Shown here one piece after another: positions 14,006 to 27,004 of a DNA stretch of 64,000 nt. A program made the position numbers and the translations under genes. How positions within the stretch are numbered: the stretch's first letter is position 1; every line of letters starts with the position of its first letter. The stretch covers positions 217,372,001-217,436,000 of the forward strand of contig OZ024741.1 of the NCBI GenBank assembly GCA_964016885.1. Reading direction: 5' to 3'. The DNA comes from Eledone cirrhosa (taxonomy: Eukaryota). The notes beneath the pieces are model-generated. The model made no database searches. It saw nothing but the letters and a program-made list of their open reading frames with translations, and had not been told where the DNA came from.

Positions 14006-15488
14006 CCTTGAATCTCAGTCATTGATGTTGGTTAACTGGAAAGTCCGTTGGATTGAATATCAAGCCACTACCTGCAGCCTCAGATATTCAGGACGTATCG
14101 GAGGGTTCTTGCTGTTCCAAGCAAGCATGCCTTTTGAAGCGTTCCAAAAAGCGTGAAGGGGCCGATTTTCTTTAACCATCCCTGGAAACCTTTGGAGATA
14201 GTCCCCAGTGCGCCTATGACAATCGGGATCACTTTGACTTCATGGCAGTTCCAAATCCTTTTCACCTCCCACTTTAGGTCCTGGTATCGGTTAATTTTCT
14301 CCCTCTCCTTCTCTTGCACTCTCGTGTCGAACGGGCAGGCCACATCCACAATCAGGCACGATCTTTTTTCTTTGTCCACAACCACCAGGTCAGGTCTATT
14401 GTGTTCCAGTTTTTTGTCCGTCTGTATCCTAAAATCCCACAGCACCTTCACCTGACTGTTCTCCATCACCGCCTCTGGCCTATGCTCATACCATTTCTCA
14501 GAATGTGGTAGATTGTTTACTTTGCACAGGTGCCAGTGGATCACCCTGCCCATCACATCGTGTCTCCAGCCCTTATAGTGGGTCTGGGCTAGGTGTTTAC
14601 ACTCGGACACAATGTGAGCCACAGTCTCCTCTCTCTCTCCACAGATCCTGCACAGTGGGCTAGCCTCCTCCTTGTAGATATGGTGCTTCAACCACTTCGT
14701 TTTGAGGGCCTGCTCCTGCGCAGCCATTAGCATTCCTTCTGTAGCCTTTTTGAGGTCTCCTCTTCTCAACCAGTTCCATGTCTGTGGATCTCTAAATTCA
14801 GTTTTCTCAAAGAAGGTACTATGAAGGGATTTTCCCTTAAGGCTGCTCTTCCTCCTTGATGTTATTTCCTCCTTGGACATCCCCTGGCCTACTGTCCCCT
14901 CCTTCAGTACAGTTCTGAGCATTGGCTCCTTACTATAGGTCACGTATTTGTATAGGTTGTTTTTCTCCATCTGAACACAGTCCTCTATGCTGATAAGACC
15001 TCTTCCACCCTCAGATCTCCTTAGGTAGAGTCTATCGACATCACTCCTCTTGTGGAACATGTTGTAGATAGTCAATAGCTTCCTAGTCTTCCTATCCATT
15101 TCTTTTTGTTCAGCAACATTCCATCTCAGAATTCCCGCACTGTACCTAATAATAGACACAGCTCGGGAATTTACTGCGCTTATGGCATTTCTGCTGTTCA
15201 GATGTGACTTCAATACGCTCCTTACTCTCCGAATGTATTCAGTTCTTAACAATTCCTTCATTTTTTTGTTCTTTATGCCATCAGCCTCCAGAACGCCCAA
15301 ATACTTGTATCCTTCCTCAGAGTCAATTTCCTTTATCATCTCACCTGTTGGTATCTGGATCCCGTTACTTCTGCTCAACCTACCCCTCTTCATCACAATG
15401 ACTCCACATTTACCAATACCAAACTGCATACATATATCACTGCTGAAAATACGGACAGTGTCAACAAGCACATCCAACTCCTTCTCAC

Positions 15489-15489
<1 letters not shown>
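14006..15489 (-). mobile_element. 5'-truncated R4/Dong-type non-LTR retrotransposon (restriction-like endonuclease) inserted in (TAA)n
   Basis: Uninterrupted ORF with RT C-terminus (YKYLGV, GGRGL), CCHC (CRIC..ET..HI..C), RHD, and PD..D..K..Y RLE motifs. (AAT)n runs on both sides. Confidence 0.92.
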
Positions 15490-15553
<64 letters not shown>

Positions 15554-15603
15554 TTGGTGTGTATATTTATGTATGTATGTGTATATGTATGTGTGTATGT
15601 ATG

Positions 15604-15685
<82 letters not shown>

Positions 15686-15686
<1 letters not shown>

Positions 15687-15859
15687 TAAGAAATCCATAC
15701 AATTGCGTGTGTCTGCATTATACTTTCACTATTGAGACCTGTTGTAAAAAAACAAATTCACAATCGTAACTGTCAAAAATTAGTTTCACTTTTGAGACCG
15801 CCCGTCTTGACGTATGCCATATATATATATATATATGTATATATATCATATATATATAT

Positions 15860-15937
<78 letters not shown>

Positions 15938-15961
15938 TCATATATATATATATGTATATAT

Positions 15962-15999
<38 letters not shown>

Positions 16000-16007
16000 T
16001 ATAGATC

Positions 16008-16062
<55 letters not shown>

Positions 16063-18247
16063 TGAAAAAGAACAAAGGAACTATTATGACATTATAACAA
16101 GTTTATTGCCGACAGCCGTTTCGTCCGACCCCATGGTGGGACTTATCAAGGCATATAACATGTGATTGCAAGATCATTGTTTACATCAACGTATCACTCA
16201 AGGCTAGCAGTTTGAAATTGTTGTATACATCAGCAACTCCGCTTGTATAGTTGGGGTCAATATTCTAAGGGGGGCTCTTTTATATTAGTTGTCGGGGTCA
16301 GGGATTGAAGTTTAAAAATTAGACAAAAATATATAATTTACGCATCAACATTAAACTAAAAGACTTGGGGTCCCGTAGAAGCACCTTAGAAAATCCCTCA
16401 ATGAGTGCATAAAGCTTACAGGCTCCAATAAACCTATTAGACTAGAAGAAAATTAAGAGGCTAATAAAATAAGAAAATAAAAATATAAAGTTTCCCTAAA
16501 AATATATATAAAGTTCCAATGAAATTTCTTCTAGAGAAAAAATTTTTTTTCCGAAAGAAAAAAACTTTCTTCCCCCGAGATCACGTTTACAAAATTCAGA
16601 AAACTGAATTGAAAACTAGGTTGAAAGAAACTAATCAATTAGAGGTTAATTCAGAGAGCCTTCCATAAATCTCTCAGAAAAGGCCCCTTTAATATTTCCA
16701 ATAGGAACTTCTTCCGAGAGACCCTTCGAAGAATTAAAATTTTAGAGAGCCTTTAAGGATAAATATAAAAACGAATTGAGGAAAATTATACATTAAAAGT
16801 TAAAAATTAAAAATTACGGTATTTGGGATATCCGAGGAATTTTCAAAGGGCTGCTTCAACAGATACAACTTAGGCATAATAGATACAATAATCTAAGCAA
16901 TTTAAGTAATTTAATTAGGGAGCAATTCAAGGTGTTTATCAAGTTGGGCAAGATTAAAGAAAGTGGTAACTAAGAAAATACATAAGCAAAAAGACAATAA
17001 TTATAAAATGTATCTTTAAGAAGGTATAAGGTAGCTTCAGTGATCTAACCATGTATTATCACAAAAAAAACAAAACATTCTAAAATTATTGATACAGGAT
17101 TAAAAATTATTACAAAATTATTACAAAATTACCACAAAATCATTACAAAATTATCAAATCATCACAAAATTACCACAAAATCATTACAAAATTATCAAAT
17201 TATCATAAAATTATCGCAAAATTATTACAAAATTATCATAAAATTATTACAAAATTATCACAAAGTTATTGATACAGGATCAACAAAGACAACAATATAT
17301 ATTCCTGCCCAATCAACAAGTAATCAGAACACTATTAACGGTCAGGCAAAATTAGCTCAGGGATATCCCGCGCTCGGATACTTTACACACACACAGCAAC
17401 ACATAGGACTAGCACAGACACAATGGTACATTCTTGCCTAAATAACAAACAATTGATTAACAATTGATGGTCAGGAAAATGTACTCAGGGATATCCCGCG
17501 CACTGATATTTACATACATACAACAGGATGAACAGTACTGGTGACCGTGTGGGCGCGATATCCATTCTGCCTATGCAGTCCCCTGCATAGCTCCAGGCAC
17601 GATATCCATTATGAGTATGCAGTCATCTGCATAGCTCCAGGCGCAGCTGGTCTTGTTTAAACGTTCATAGATCACCTGGGGTTCACTATTATCTGCGTGG
17701 ACTCTCTGGGAGATGTACCTGTGGATCTAATAGCCAGTGGTTGCCGGATGTGGTCCGTTCGATCTTTTAGTTTCAGGGGTTGAACGCTTTCGCGATAGAT
17801 GAGCCTGCCGGTTCTAAGTCCAAGGTTTCGCTACGCAGGATGTATTGGTCTACATGCTATATCGTTAAAAAACCAGTGTGGATTTGACTGGGGTGGTATA
17901 TTACGAACTCCAAGTCCACACGCGACTGGTCAAAAGCGAAGGGCTGTCCCCTCTTTGTTTGCTGTATGGGTCGGTCTCAGCTTAGATGGTGGTCGTGTTA
18001 TCCATATTCCGTCAGCCCTGTATATTCAAGACAGATCAGGGTATGTATTTGCGGGTATGGTCCTGCGTCTACGTTATCCAGAGGGTCTCGCTTGTGGTAT
18101 ATATATATATATGGCATACGTCAAGACGGGCGGTCTCAAAAGTGAAACTAATTTTTGACAGTTACGATTGTGAATTTGTTTTTTTACAACAGGTCTCAAT
18201 AGTGAAAGTATAATGCAGACACACGCAATTGTATGGATTTCTTAATA
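15686..18247. repeat. ~135-bp inverted repeats (15686-15820 / 18113-18247) bracketing a 2-kb non-coding element
   Basis: The arms read as exact reverse complements (identical peptides IWHTSRRAVSKVKLIFDSYDCEF in the ORF track on both strands); each is embedded in (TA)n. Confidence 0.9.
16107..16153 (-). ncRNA. Type I hammerhead with compensatory U3-A8 core
   Basis: tgcc-TTGATAA-gtcc..ggac-GAAA-c ggct g-TC-ggca; GUC site; followed by AATAAA and (TA)n. Confidence 0.8.
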
Positions 18248-18280
18248 TATATATATATATAACTATATATATATATATAT

Positions 18281-18367
<87 letters not shown>

Positions 18368-18741
18368 TATATATATATATATTAGTATATGTTGATTGTT
18401 TACCGACACCGCAGTATGCAGATTGGACCACTCCACTCAACGAAGTACGCAGGTTGGTTTGTTTACTCCGGAGTAATGTAAAATAATTAAGTCAAATATA
18501 TAAAATTTGGCTTCGTTTATTACAAATTATAGATATACTGCTATATTATTTTATATATGTATATATATATATAAATGCAAAAGAATGAAACGAAATTTCA
18601 TTGCTCACTCTTAATACGGCTGGTACTTAAATGTAAGTATGTATGTATACGTACATACATATATGTATACAGACGTATACAGCCCGAATTACGCCGTACA
18701 GCGTTCAGGCAACCATCGTCACCTTTTTGTTATATATATAT

Positions 18742-19041
18742 AGTGGTTAGAGCATTGGCCTTGCAATCGAAAGGTTGTGAGTTCAATTCTCAGACCGTGT
18801 GATGTGTTGTTTCCTTGAGCAAGACACTTTATTTCACATTGCTCCAGTTTACTCAGCTGTAGAAATGAGATGATAGGGGCTGGAGTCCATATCATTCCAC
18901 TGCAAAGTAGTCGTGGAGGTGCCACGGCAAAAAAGCACCCAGCACTCACTGTAAATGAGGTTGGTGTTAGGAAGGGCATCCAGCTGTAAAAATCAAGCTA
19001 GAATCAGTTCCCGTCCTACCCTTGCAAGCAGGGAAAAGCGG
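18742..19041 (+). mobile_element. tRNA-derived SINE with RTE-type tail
   Basis: A/B boxes (gtggttagagc / gagttcaattc), ccttgagcaagacacttt core, ggaagggcatccagctgtaaaa motif; tail matches that of the RTE at 10500-10568. Related minus copy at about 47340-47570. Confidence 0.75.
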
Positions 19042-19662
19042 ACGTAAAATGATGATGATGATAACCATCATCATCATGAACTGATCCTATATATATACGT
19101 GTGTGTATTTATGTACGTATGTATCTTTCTCACTTTCTCTCCCTCTCTCTCTCACTCACTCTCCCCTTCTATATATATACATATATATATATAAGTGCAT
19201 ATTCATGTTTGGATGTGATAGAAAGTGTTGTATAAGTGCTGCGTGTAACTTGATTGTATAACCTGATACACCTGCTATGTATATGGATTTCTCTGTAGTT
19301 ATAGCAGGTTATGAACAATCAGGTGAATGGCCTCATACCTACCAGTAGTGCTGGGTTCAATTCCAACAGGGAGAGATTAATGTAAACTGGAGGTAAAAGC
19401 TGTATCAATTTTCGAAATACTTGTGTTCTCCCTTCTATTTGGTATGTTTACTTTGTTTTTTCCTCTTTCCCTTTTTTTTTCTTTCTTCCTCTCTCTTCAC
19501 TATCACTTCTTTCCCTTTGATGGATAAAAGGCCTCGGGCGCGCTACGGATCAATGTCCTGTTTTAAGTGCCGAAACTTCTATGATCCGTAGTAAACAGCT
19601 GACGAAGGGCTACTTTTCTTCTCGTGTTTACATCCCTATTACCTTCTTACACTATATATAAT

Positions 19663-21490
19663 ATATAAGATCAAAAGATGGTTAAAAGAGTTCCATGTAT
19701 TTTATTATGCGCATTTCAAAAACAAATATCATCATGCAATAACATTTGTGTTTTCGACGGATAAAATAGGAAGACATGATATGAAGGTTAAAATACACTT
19801 GTGAATAGTGCAGTTTTAAATCAACATATGAAAAGTAGTTTTAGATTGATGTGTGATATTGGGGGAAAAAAAAAATTTGAGTGGGGGGGATGAAAAAGAG
19901 GAGGAGATGAGAGTAAAAAGTGGAGGGGGAGGAGTATAATGAGGAAGGATGAGATAGGAGGAGAGATGGGTGATAGAGAGAGAGAGATAGCTTTTATAAC
20001 TGAGAAAAATATATTGTTTTACATAGAGAGGTTGAAAAACCGTTGGAAGATAATATATAAATTAAAAGAATTTGAAAATTAACGAAGAGAAAAATAATGT
20101 TAAGTTAAGGTTTGTATATTGAAGGGTTTAATAATATGTGCGATGAAAAGAAATTGTTAATATGTATTAAGAATAATATTTAAGGGCTTAATATGTGCGA
20201 TGGAAAGAAAATGTTGATATGTATTATTTAAAAAATGTAAAAATATAGCAATAGTAATGTAAGTAAGGATATATTGTGAAAGAAGTAGAAGATAGGATGA
20301 ATAAGTTAGATGAAAGGGAGAAAATAATAATGAATTGAGGATGAATAATCTAACGTCAAAAAAAATGTTTATGTTTACGAAGGATTTTTTCAAGGTGATA
20401 TAAAGTAAGAATATATTGTACTGTGTAATAATTGTTTCTATGTTAGGCACAGATTAGGGGTTAGAAATTAAAAGAAAAAGAAAAGCAAAGGAAAAGGAAG
20501 AAAGGGAAGTGATAAATAGGAGTGATATAGAATGAGTAACTAGTATTATATAATGTATAATAAATAACTTTGAAATAAGGTAGAAAGATGGGTATATTTT
20601 TAAAGAAATATATGTGTATATATATATATGTGTGCCTTTGAGAAAAGGATTTTAAATTGATAAAGTATTAGATATTAGCTGTATACTTTATGGAATGTTC
20701 TGTGGAATTTATGCAAGCAGAGAGAAAACAAGTCAGTGCGTCTATTTATTATAGAATCTAAATTAGATATAATGGTAAATTTTTCATTTAAACAGAGATT
20801 GCAAGTCTTGGATAGAGAACTGTTCAAGTATGTAGAAGCAGAAGAAACCTTTTTCCAAGAGATGTTATATTTAATATTTTTGTCTTTCAAGGACCATATG
20901 AGTTCTGAGAGAGCCGTGTTGGTTCTTTTAAGTTGGTATTTAAAAGACGAATGGTGATTATAAAGACGAGCTTTAAAGGAAATAGGTGAAGGAATTGGTA
21001 TCAGTTATAACTTTACATTCGTAGATTAAGTTTTTTTCAAGACAATGGTTGTTGAGAGGACATTTATTTTTAACAGGGCAATTGCAATTGCGATTAGAGA
21101 GATTAGCAGAGTTATTAACAAGTGACCTAGTGTTATCTATTTTTCTCAGTTATAAAAGCTATCTCTCTCTCTCTATCACCCATCTCTCCTCCTATCTCAT
21201 CCTTCCTCATTATACTCCTCCCCCTCCACTTTTTACTCTCATCTCCTCCTCTTTTTCATCCTTCCCCCCCCCCTCACTTTTTTTTTCCCAATATCACACA
21301 TCAATCTAAAACTACTTTTCATATGTTGATTTAAAACTGCACTATTCACAAGTGTATTTTAACCTTCATATCATGTCTTCCTATTTTATCTGACGAAAAC
21401 ACAAATGTTATTGCATGATGATATTTGTTTTTGAAATGCGCATAATAAAATACATGGAACTCTTTTAACCATCTTTTGATCTTATATATT
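19663..21490 (-). mobile_element. Truncated Neptune-type Penelope-like element with inverted pseudo-LTRs (19663-20012 / 21136-21490)
   Basis: GIY-YIG C-terminal remnant (ISWK...CNLCLNEK...NRRTDLFS.C.HK) at 20675-21120; ~350-bp inverted terminal copies, each with a hammerhead. Confidence 0.85.
21382..21452 (+). ncRNA. Type I hammerhead ribozyme motif (partner at 19698-19768 - has mutated core CCGTCGA)
   Basis: tattttat-CTGACGA-~15-bp stem II-GAAA-tgcgca-TA-ataaaata; palindromic loop III. Confidence 0.87.
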
Positions 21491-21575
21491 ATTTATACTC
21501 CAGTCCTACAAACTGTAGAGTGCTTCTTATCCGATATCTGCATTGCTTTATTGTACTACAATAAAACTCACTTCC

Positions 21576-21629
<54 letters not shown>

Positions 21630-21635
<6 letters not shown>

Positions 21636-22051
21636 TAAAAGGAAAAGAAAATGCTGACAAATTGTTCCCAGTGAAAAATAGTTTAATTAGGAATAAGTAA
21701 AAATTAGTAATAAGTATTGGTTAGTATTCAGTTTTGGTTTTAAGTTTTACCGGTTGCGCATTTCTAATGCTTTTCAAAAATAATTTTGAGATAGAGCGCC
21801 CGTGATGTTTGCTCTAATCTGATTAGTTTTGGAAATTCTACCTGTTTTATGTGAAAAAAAGTGGCTCCAGCTGTATTAAAATAAGTTTCGCGCCAATTCG
21901 TGTTGCAAAAATTCTTGTGGTCAAAACAATTTTGATTGGTCGGTAGAGGTTATGTGAATGTTAAAAATTGATTTTGCGCCAAATGTAGGTTTGTCTCGGC
22001 TGATTGAGAAGTCACTGAAAAATAAGTCTTTCAAGACAAATATGTGTGTGT

Positions 22052-22123
<72 letters not shown>

Positions 22124-24965
22124 AAGAGGTTCATTGTTGTGATAATAGTCAGTAGGGATGTGTGTGTGAATTGCAGTCATGTTGACAGGTCAACAGTCAG
22201 GTGCCTATTAAGACAAGTGTGTGTGTGTGTGTGTAGCAGAGTAATTCGTGGTAGAGGGATCGGTCAGTAGGAATGTGTCTGTACGTGTGTGGGGGTTATT
22301 TTAACATGTTAAAAGATATTTTTCAGCTCTTGTCTTATACGGAGAAGTGTGTGTGTGTGTGTGTGTGTGTCTCTTTGTATGTGAGTGTACGCGTGTGTAT
22401 GTGTGTGTGTATATATATGTGTGTGTGTGTATATGTGTGTATGTGTGTGTGTGTGTGTGAGTGGACCAGTATTTTTGTGATACTGGTAAAAATGGTGTAC
22501 ATTATTCGATATTTTCAGTAAAAACGATTCTCTCAATAGAACATCAAAAACCTTAATAATAAAAGGTGTGAAATGATATATAGTATTGGCATAATACCAA
22601 GGTGTGTGTGAGTGTCCAGATTGTACGTACTGCAAGGGGAATCCATTAGGCCCTGCCGTATTGGAATACTTGTGTACAAATATGTATGTGCCCATCAGTG
22701 TGCAATGCATGTGTGCGTATATGTATGTGTGTCGGCACGTTTATATCTATAGACATCAAAAGGTATGCAAATTTGTGTATATTTGTGTTGCACCATAGAA
22801 CATGTGTGTTTACGCATGTCATTGTGTTTATATGTGGATAGAGATGTATGTAGGATGTATGCTGGTGTAGGTATGTATGTTGACGTGTGTATGTTGTGGG
22901 TTCGTCTTAGGGAGAAGTGTTTAGACGGGGTCCGTATTTGTTAATAAAGTGAGATTCCTTGCTGATGCGCTGGGTGTGGGTGGCATTATCTTTAAATTTG
23001 TAGAGGGGAAAGATTCTGAAGTTGGGATGATTTTGGGCGGCACAGGTATCAATGTGTTCACTCAGTGGTATTTTCCTGTATTCCCGTATTTTAATTTGGG
23101 GTCTATGGACAGTCATGCGTTGGCGGTGGCTGTTTTTGGTCTGGCCTATGTATTGTTCTCGACAACCTGAGCAAGTTAATACATATATTAGATTTTCTGA
23201 TGCGCATGTGAAATTGTGTTTTACTATAAAACGTTGTCCTTCTTTAAAATAGAATTCCGAACCCTCTATTAGGTTGGTGCATATGCCACAGTTGGGTCTA
23301 TCGCATTTTTTTACTGTGGGTTTCGTTGTTGTGGTTGGCAGTACTTTAGCATGTGTTAAGATGTTTTTCATTGACTTAGATTGTCTTTTGCTCTTTATGA
23401 TATCGTGTGTTCGTAGGATTTGGTTCATTCTATGGTCCTTTTTTAACACGGGGATGTTCTGGAGGATGGTGTCAAAGGCCTCATTGTTGAGGGGGTTGTG
23501 TGTGGAGATGTATAGAAGAGCTTTTAGTTTCGGTTGATTTACTTTAGGGTGTCTAAGGTCCTGGGTACTGAGTTTTAGGGCACGTTGGATTCCATTGTCA
23601 ATTAGTGATGCAGGGTAGTCCCTGCCTATGAGTGTGTCCTTTAGTTCTTGTAGACGTAAGTAACAGGTGTTTTTATTGGAGACTATAGTACAGATTCTCT
23701 TGGCTAAGTTGTAGGGAATATTAATTTTAACGTGTCTAGGGTGGCAAGAGTTGAAAGGAAGATATTGCTTGGAGTCTGTGGGCTTGTAGTATATGTCTGT
23801 TTCTATTTTTTTGTTATGAATCTTAATGAGGATGTCGAGGAAGGGGAGTTGTTGATGGCTGTATTCCATCGTAAAGTTAATATTCGTGTTGAGCCCATTT
23901 ATAAAGGTGTGAAATTCTTTAAGTTTCTCGATGTTTTCGTGCCAAAGGATGAAGCAGTCATCTAGATATCGCTTCCAGTTCCTTTCTATGTGTAAGTGGA
24001 GAGTATTTCCAAATTTGTTTAGTACTTTAGTGTAGAGGGTGATTTCCAGGTATCCCATGACTAGGTTGGCATAAGTGGGAGCTGTTTTCGTTCCCATAGC
24101 GGTCTCATATTTCTGCCTGTAGGATTTGTTATTGAAAAGGAAGTAATTGTTCTCCAAGATAAATTTGAGTCCCTCTATCACGAATTCTTTTTTGATGCGT
24201 TGTGGGAGTTCATTGTGATAATTATCCAGCCAGAATTGGATAGCTTCTATTCCTAGGTTGTGGGGGATGTTGGAGTATAGGTTGACTACATCGAACGTCA
24301 CTAGTAGGGTTTGTTCAGAAAGGGGCATATTAGGGAGGTGATTGAGCATATCTAGGTCGTCCCTTATATAGCTTTTGATGTGTTTGAGAAAATGCTTGAG
24401 AAGGGTATCAATGAAGTTGCTAAGGCGGTGGGTTTCGCAAGCGGGGCCTGCTATTAGAGGTCTTAATTTGAGATCATTGGGTGAGGGGACATTGATGACT
24501 ATGTCTGTGGCTTCCTTGCATGCCTTACTTATTAATTCGCTTTTATGTACTTTAGGGATACCGTAGAAAAGGCTGGATTTACTTGTGAAGTCTGTGATGA
24601 AGCTAAATTCCTTGTTAGTGAGTCCTTCTTTGTATTGGTTGATCAGAGTTTTTAGGTTTCTCATAATTTTCTGTTGATTGTAGTGTTCAGCCTTTTCGTA
24701 GTATGTTTCGTTTTCCAAAGTGGAGAGCACTAAGTTTATATAGAATTCTGTCTCCATTAGGACTACTGTACTCCCTTTATCAGCCTCTTTAATTGTAATG
24801 GTTGTGTCGGTTTTTAATCTATTTAATTCTTCCCATTCTTTCTTGTTGAGGTTTGGCTTGTGTTTTTGTCTGTGCAAGTGTTGGTAAGAGAAGTTTGTGA
24901 TGTGTTCACAGAATTCGTCCAGGATATTATTTCTACCTTTTGATGGGGTGTAGTTGCTTCTATTT
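21630..24965 (-). mobile_element. Penelope-like element; ORF 22907-24877 encodes RT + GIY-YIG
   Basis: ADKG, YGIPKVHK, RPLI, FDVVNLY, AMGTKTAP, RYLDD, FLDI, YYKPT, and LIYVLTC..C..QYIGQT. Long microsatellite-rich 3' region; 3' boundary approximate. Confidence 0.93.
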
Positions 24966-25072
24966 CTCAGTACAATGAGGATGAATGATTAGCCAGAAAT
25001 AGAAGCAACAAAATTATTCATGTTATTCATGTTATTCATGTTATTCATGTTATTCAGAATATTGTAGATTGT

Positions 25073-26445
25073 TCATGTTAGTCTATCTGGAGCTTTGTGA
25101 TTATGTAATAGGTGTTTCCAGACGTGTGGACAACGTGAAAAAAATTCATTCCTTGAATTTAGACAAGCGCTTTTACATAATATTCTCAGGATATTGAATC
25201 TTTCTTCAAGGCACAGCCCACAAGATGGATTCCCATTTGCATAGGGTTTAGATTTAATAATAACTTTCCATTGGATGGAGTTATCTACATCTGTGTTCTT
25301 GAGGGACCATACATGGCTCACAAGCTCCGTGGACGATCGTTTGTCCGGCTATCTGAAGATTGACAGATGTTTCAGGAAGCGTTCTTTAAACCGGCCCTCC
25401 GCCATACCTACATAGGATTTAACCTCTTGTTGATTTGACCGATTAGAAGTGACCACAGCTTCATAAATTACAGCGGGTATGTTACATTGTTGTTGAAGGG
25501 GACAAGCTTCAAGCCTTCGGCAAGAGCCTCCTGGTGGGGTTCTGCTCTTAGGGTTGTTGGTGATGTGAGCCTTCATATTCTTAGCACAGGATTATTCTAG
25601 TTTCACCCTTGTCTGTTAAAGATGGAGCGGTATTTGTGACCTATGGGGAAGTGTCTATCCAAGAGAGCTAAAAATCTTTTACCTACATTAGTTTTAACGT
25701 TGAGTGAGAAGGGAGAGGAGAACCAAATTGTTTTTCTATTAACACGATTTCTTTTCCTATTGCTGTTGGTGTTAGCAGGGGAGTAACCAATTGGTTGCGA
25801 GAAGCCGCTGTTAGCTAACGCCACGTTGTAGTAGTGTGCCGCTCTGTCAAAGATTGCCTTATTAGAGGAGAGGTTAGAGATTCTAGTTCTGATATTATTT
25901 ACAAAGTTTCTAAAAACTGTAGGAGAGTAGCATGAGTCCTTGTGTATGTAATTAAATTTTTCATTTAGTTTATGGAAGGGTCTAAAAGTGTGTGTGTGGA
26001 GATCTAAATTTATGTCTAAGTAATCTATGCTAGTAAGGTTGGTTGCTACTGTTATCGTAAGTCCTAACTCATTAAAAGTAGTAATTAAATCTTTTTTAAA
26101 ACGGTCCAGGTCGTGACCACTTTTATGGCTTGATAGGGTCAGACCATCGTCGCGGTATAATCCTGTGTGGAAGTCCAGGAATCTAGTACATAACGTATCT
26201 AAAATAAATAAGCCAACTAAGTCGCATATGTCAGCACTATCGAATGATCCCATTGATACATCAAATAGTTCTGAAGTAGTTGACTTCTTTGTTCAGGCTA
26301 CTCCATTGATGAAGAAGAGAGTCTTCCGGCAATGTGCCATGATCTCCCTGTTTAAATCATGGACGGCGGTGTAAGTGGTAGCAAAGTCCAATACTTTGTT
26401 CAACAGGGTCACCGAGATCAACGGGTAAAAATCTGCAATGTCAAT
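25073..26445 (-). pseudogene. Decayed Neptune-type Penelope-like ORF
   Basis: FDVSMGSFDSADICDLVG, LYRDDG, DYLDI, VIYEA..YVGMAE..FKER, CGLCLEE motifs across three frames with stops and frameshifts. Confidence 0.9.
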
Positions 26446-27004
26446 ATATATAAATTTATATATCGTCAGTTATTTCCCTTTGTTTTTGCTGAAGCTCGTT
26501 ATGTGATGTTAGTCATTACTTTAAATTCATAGCAAAAGGACTTCGAAATGTTTTAGATAAACACAGTATATTATTAAATATACAATACGTATGTTCATGT
26601 ACACATATATATTTATGCATTGATGTTTAAACACGTTTTATCTCAAATTTATTGTACTCTATTTTTTTATATTCTAACTTCTCTCTCTCAGCTCCATATA
26701 GCTCACTCTTAAAGGTATGCTTAGAATTAATTAGTTTGGATGATTTAAACCAAATATCAGTGAGGTGATAATGAGAAGTTGTGGTGGTGGTGGTGGTGGT
26801 GCTGGTACTGGTCATGGTCATGATAGTGGCGGTTGTGGTGGTGAAGATGGCGGTGATGGAGGTGGTGGTTATAGTGGTGAGGATGATGGTGGTTGTGACA
26901 ATGAGGAGGAAATAGCAATATGGAAATGGTGCCAAAAATTAGGTCAAAAAGGGTCACCTTCAAGTGACATAAGATAACATTATTTTAGGAGTGTGATTGA
27001 GAAA

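Noticed and set aside
19290-19377. tRNA-like sequence with GGTTCAATTCC and a pairing acceptor stem
   Set aside because: Irregular D and anticodon arms; most likely a decayed SINE head, not a tRNA gene.
19568-19612. gccGAAAc...CTGACGAagggc as a type II hammerhead
   Set aside because: Stem I cannot form (only 5 nt between site and core) and stem III is poor.
26295-26297. In-frame TGA in a PLE ORF as selenocysteine recoding
   Set aside because: It occupies a Trp-like position in an element that also has frameshifts; ordinary decay.
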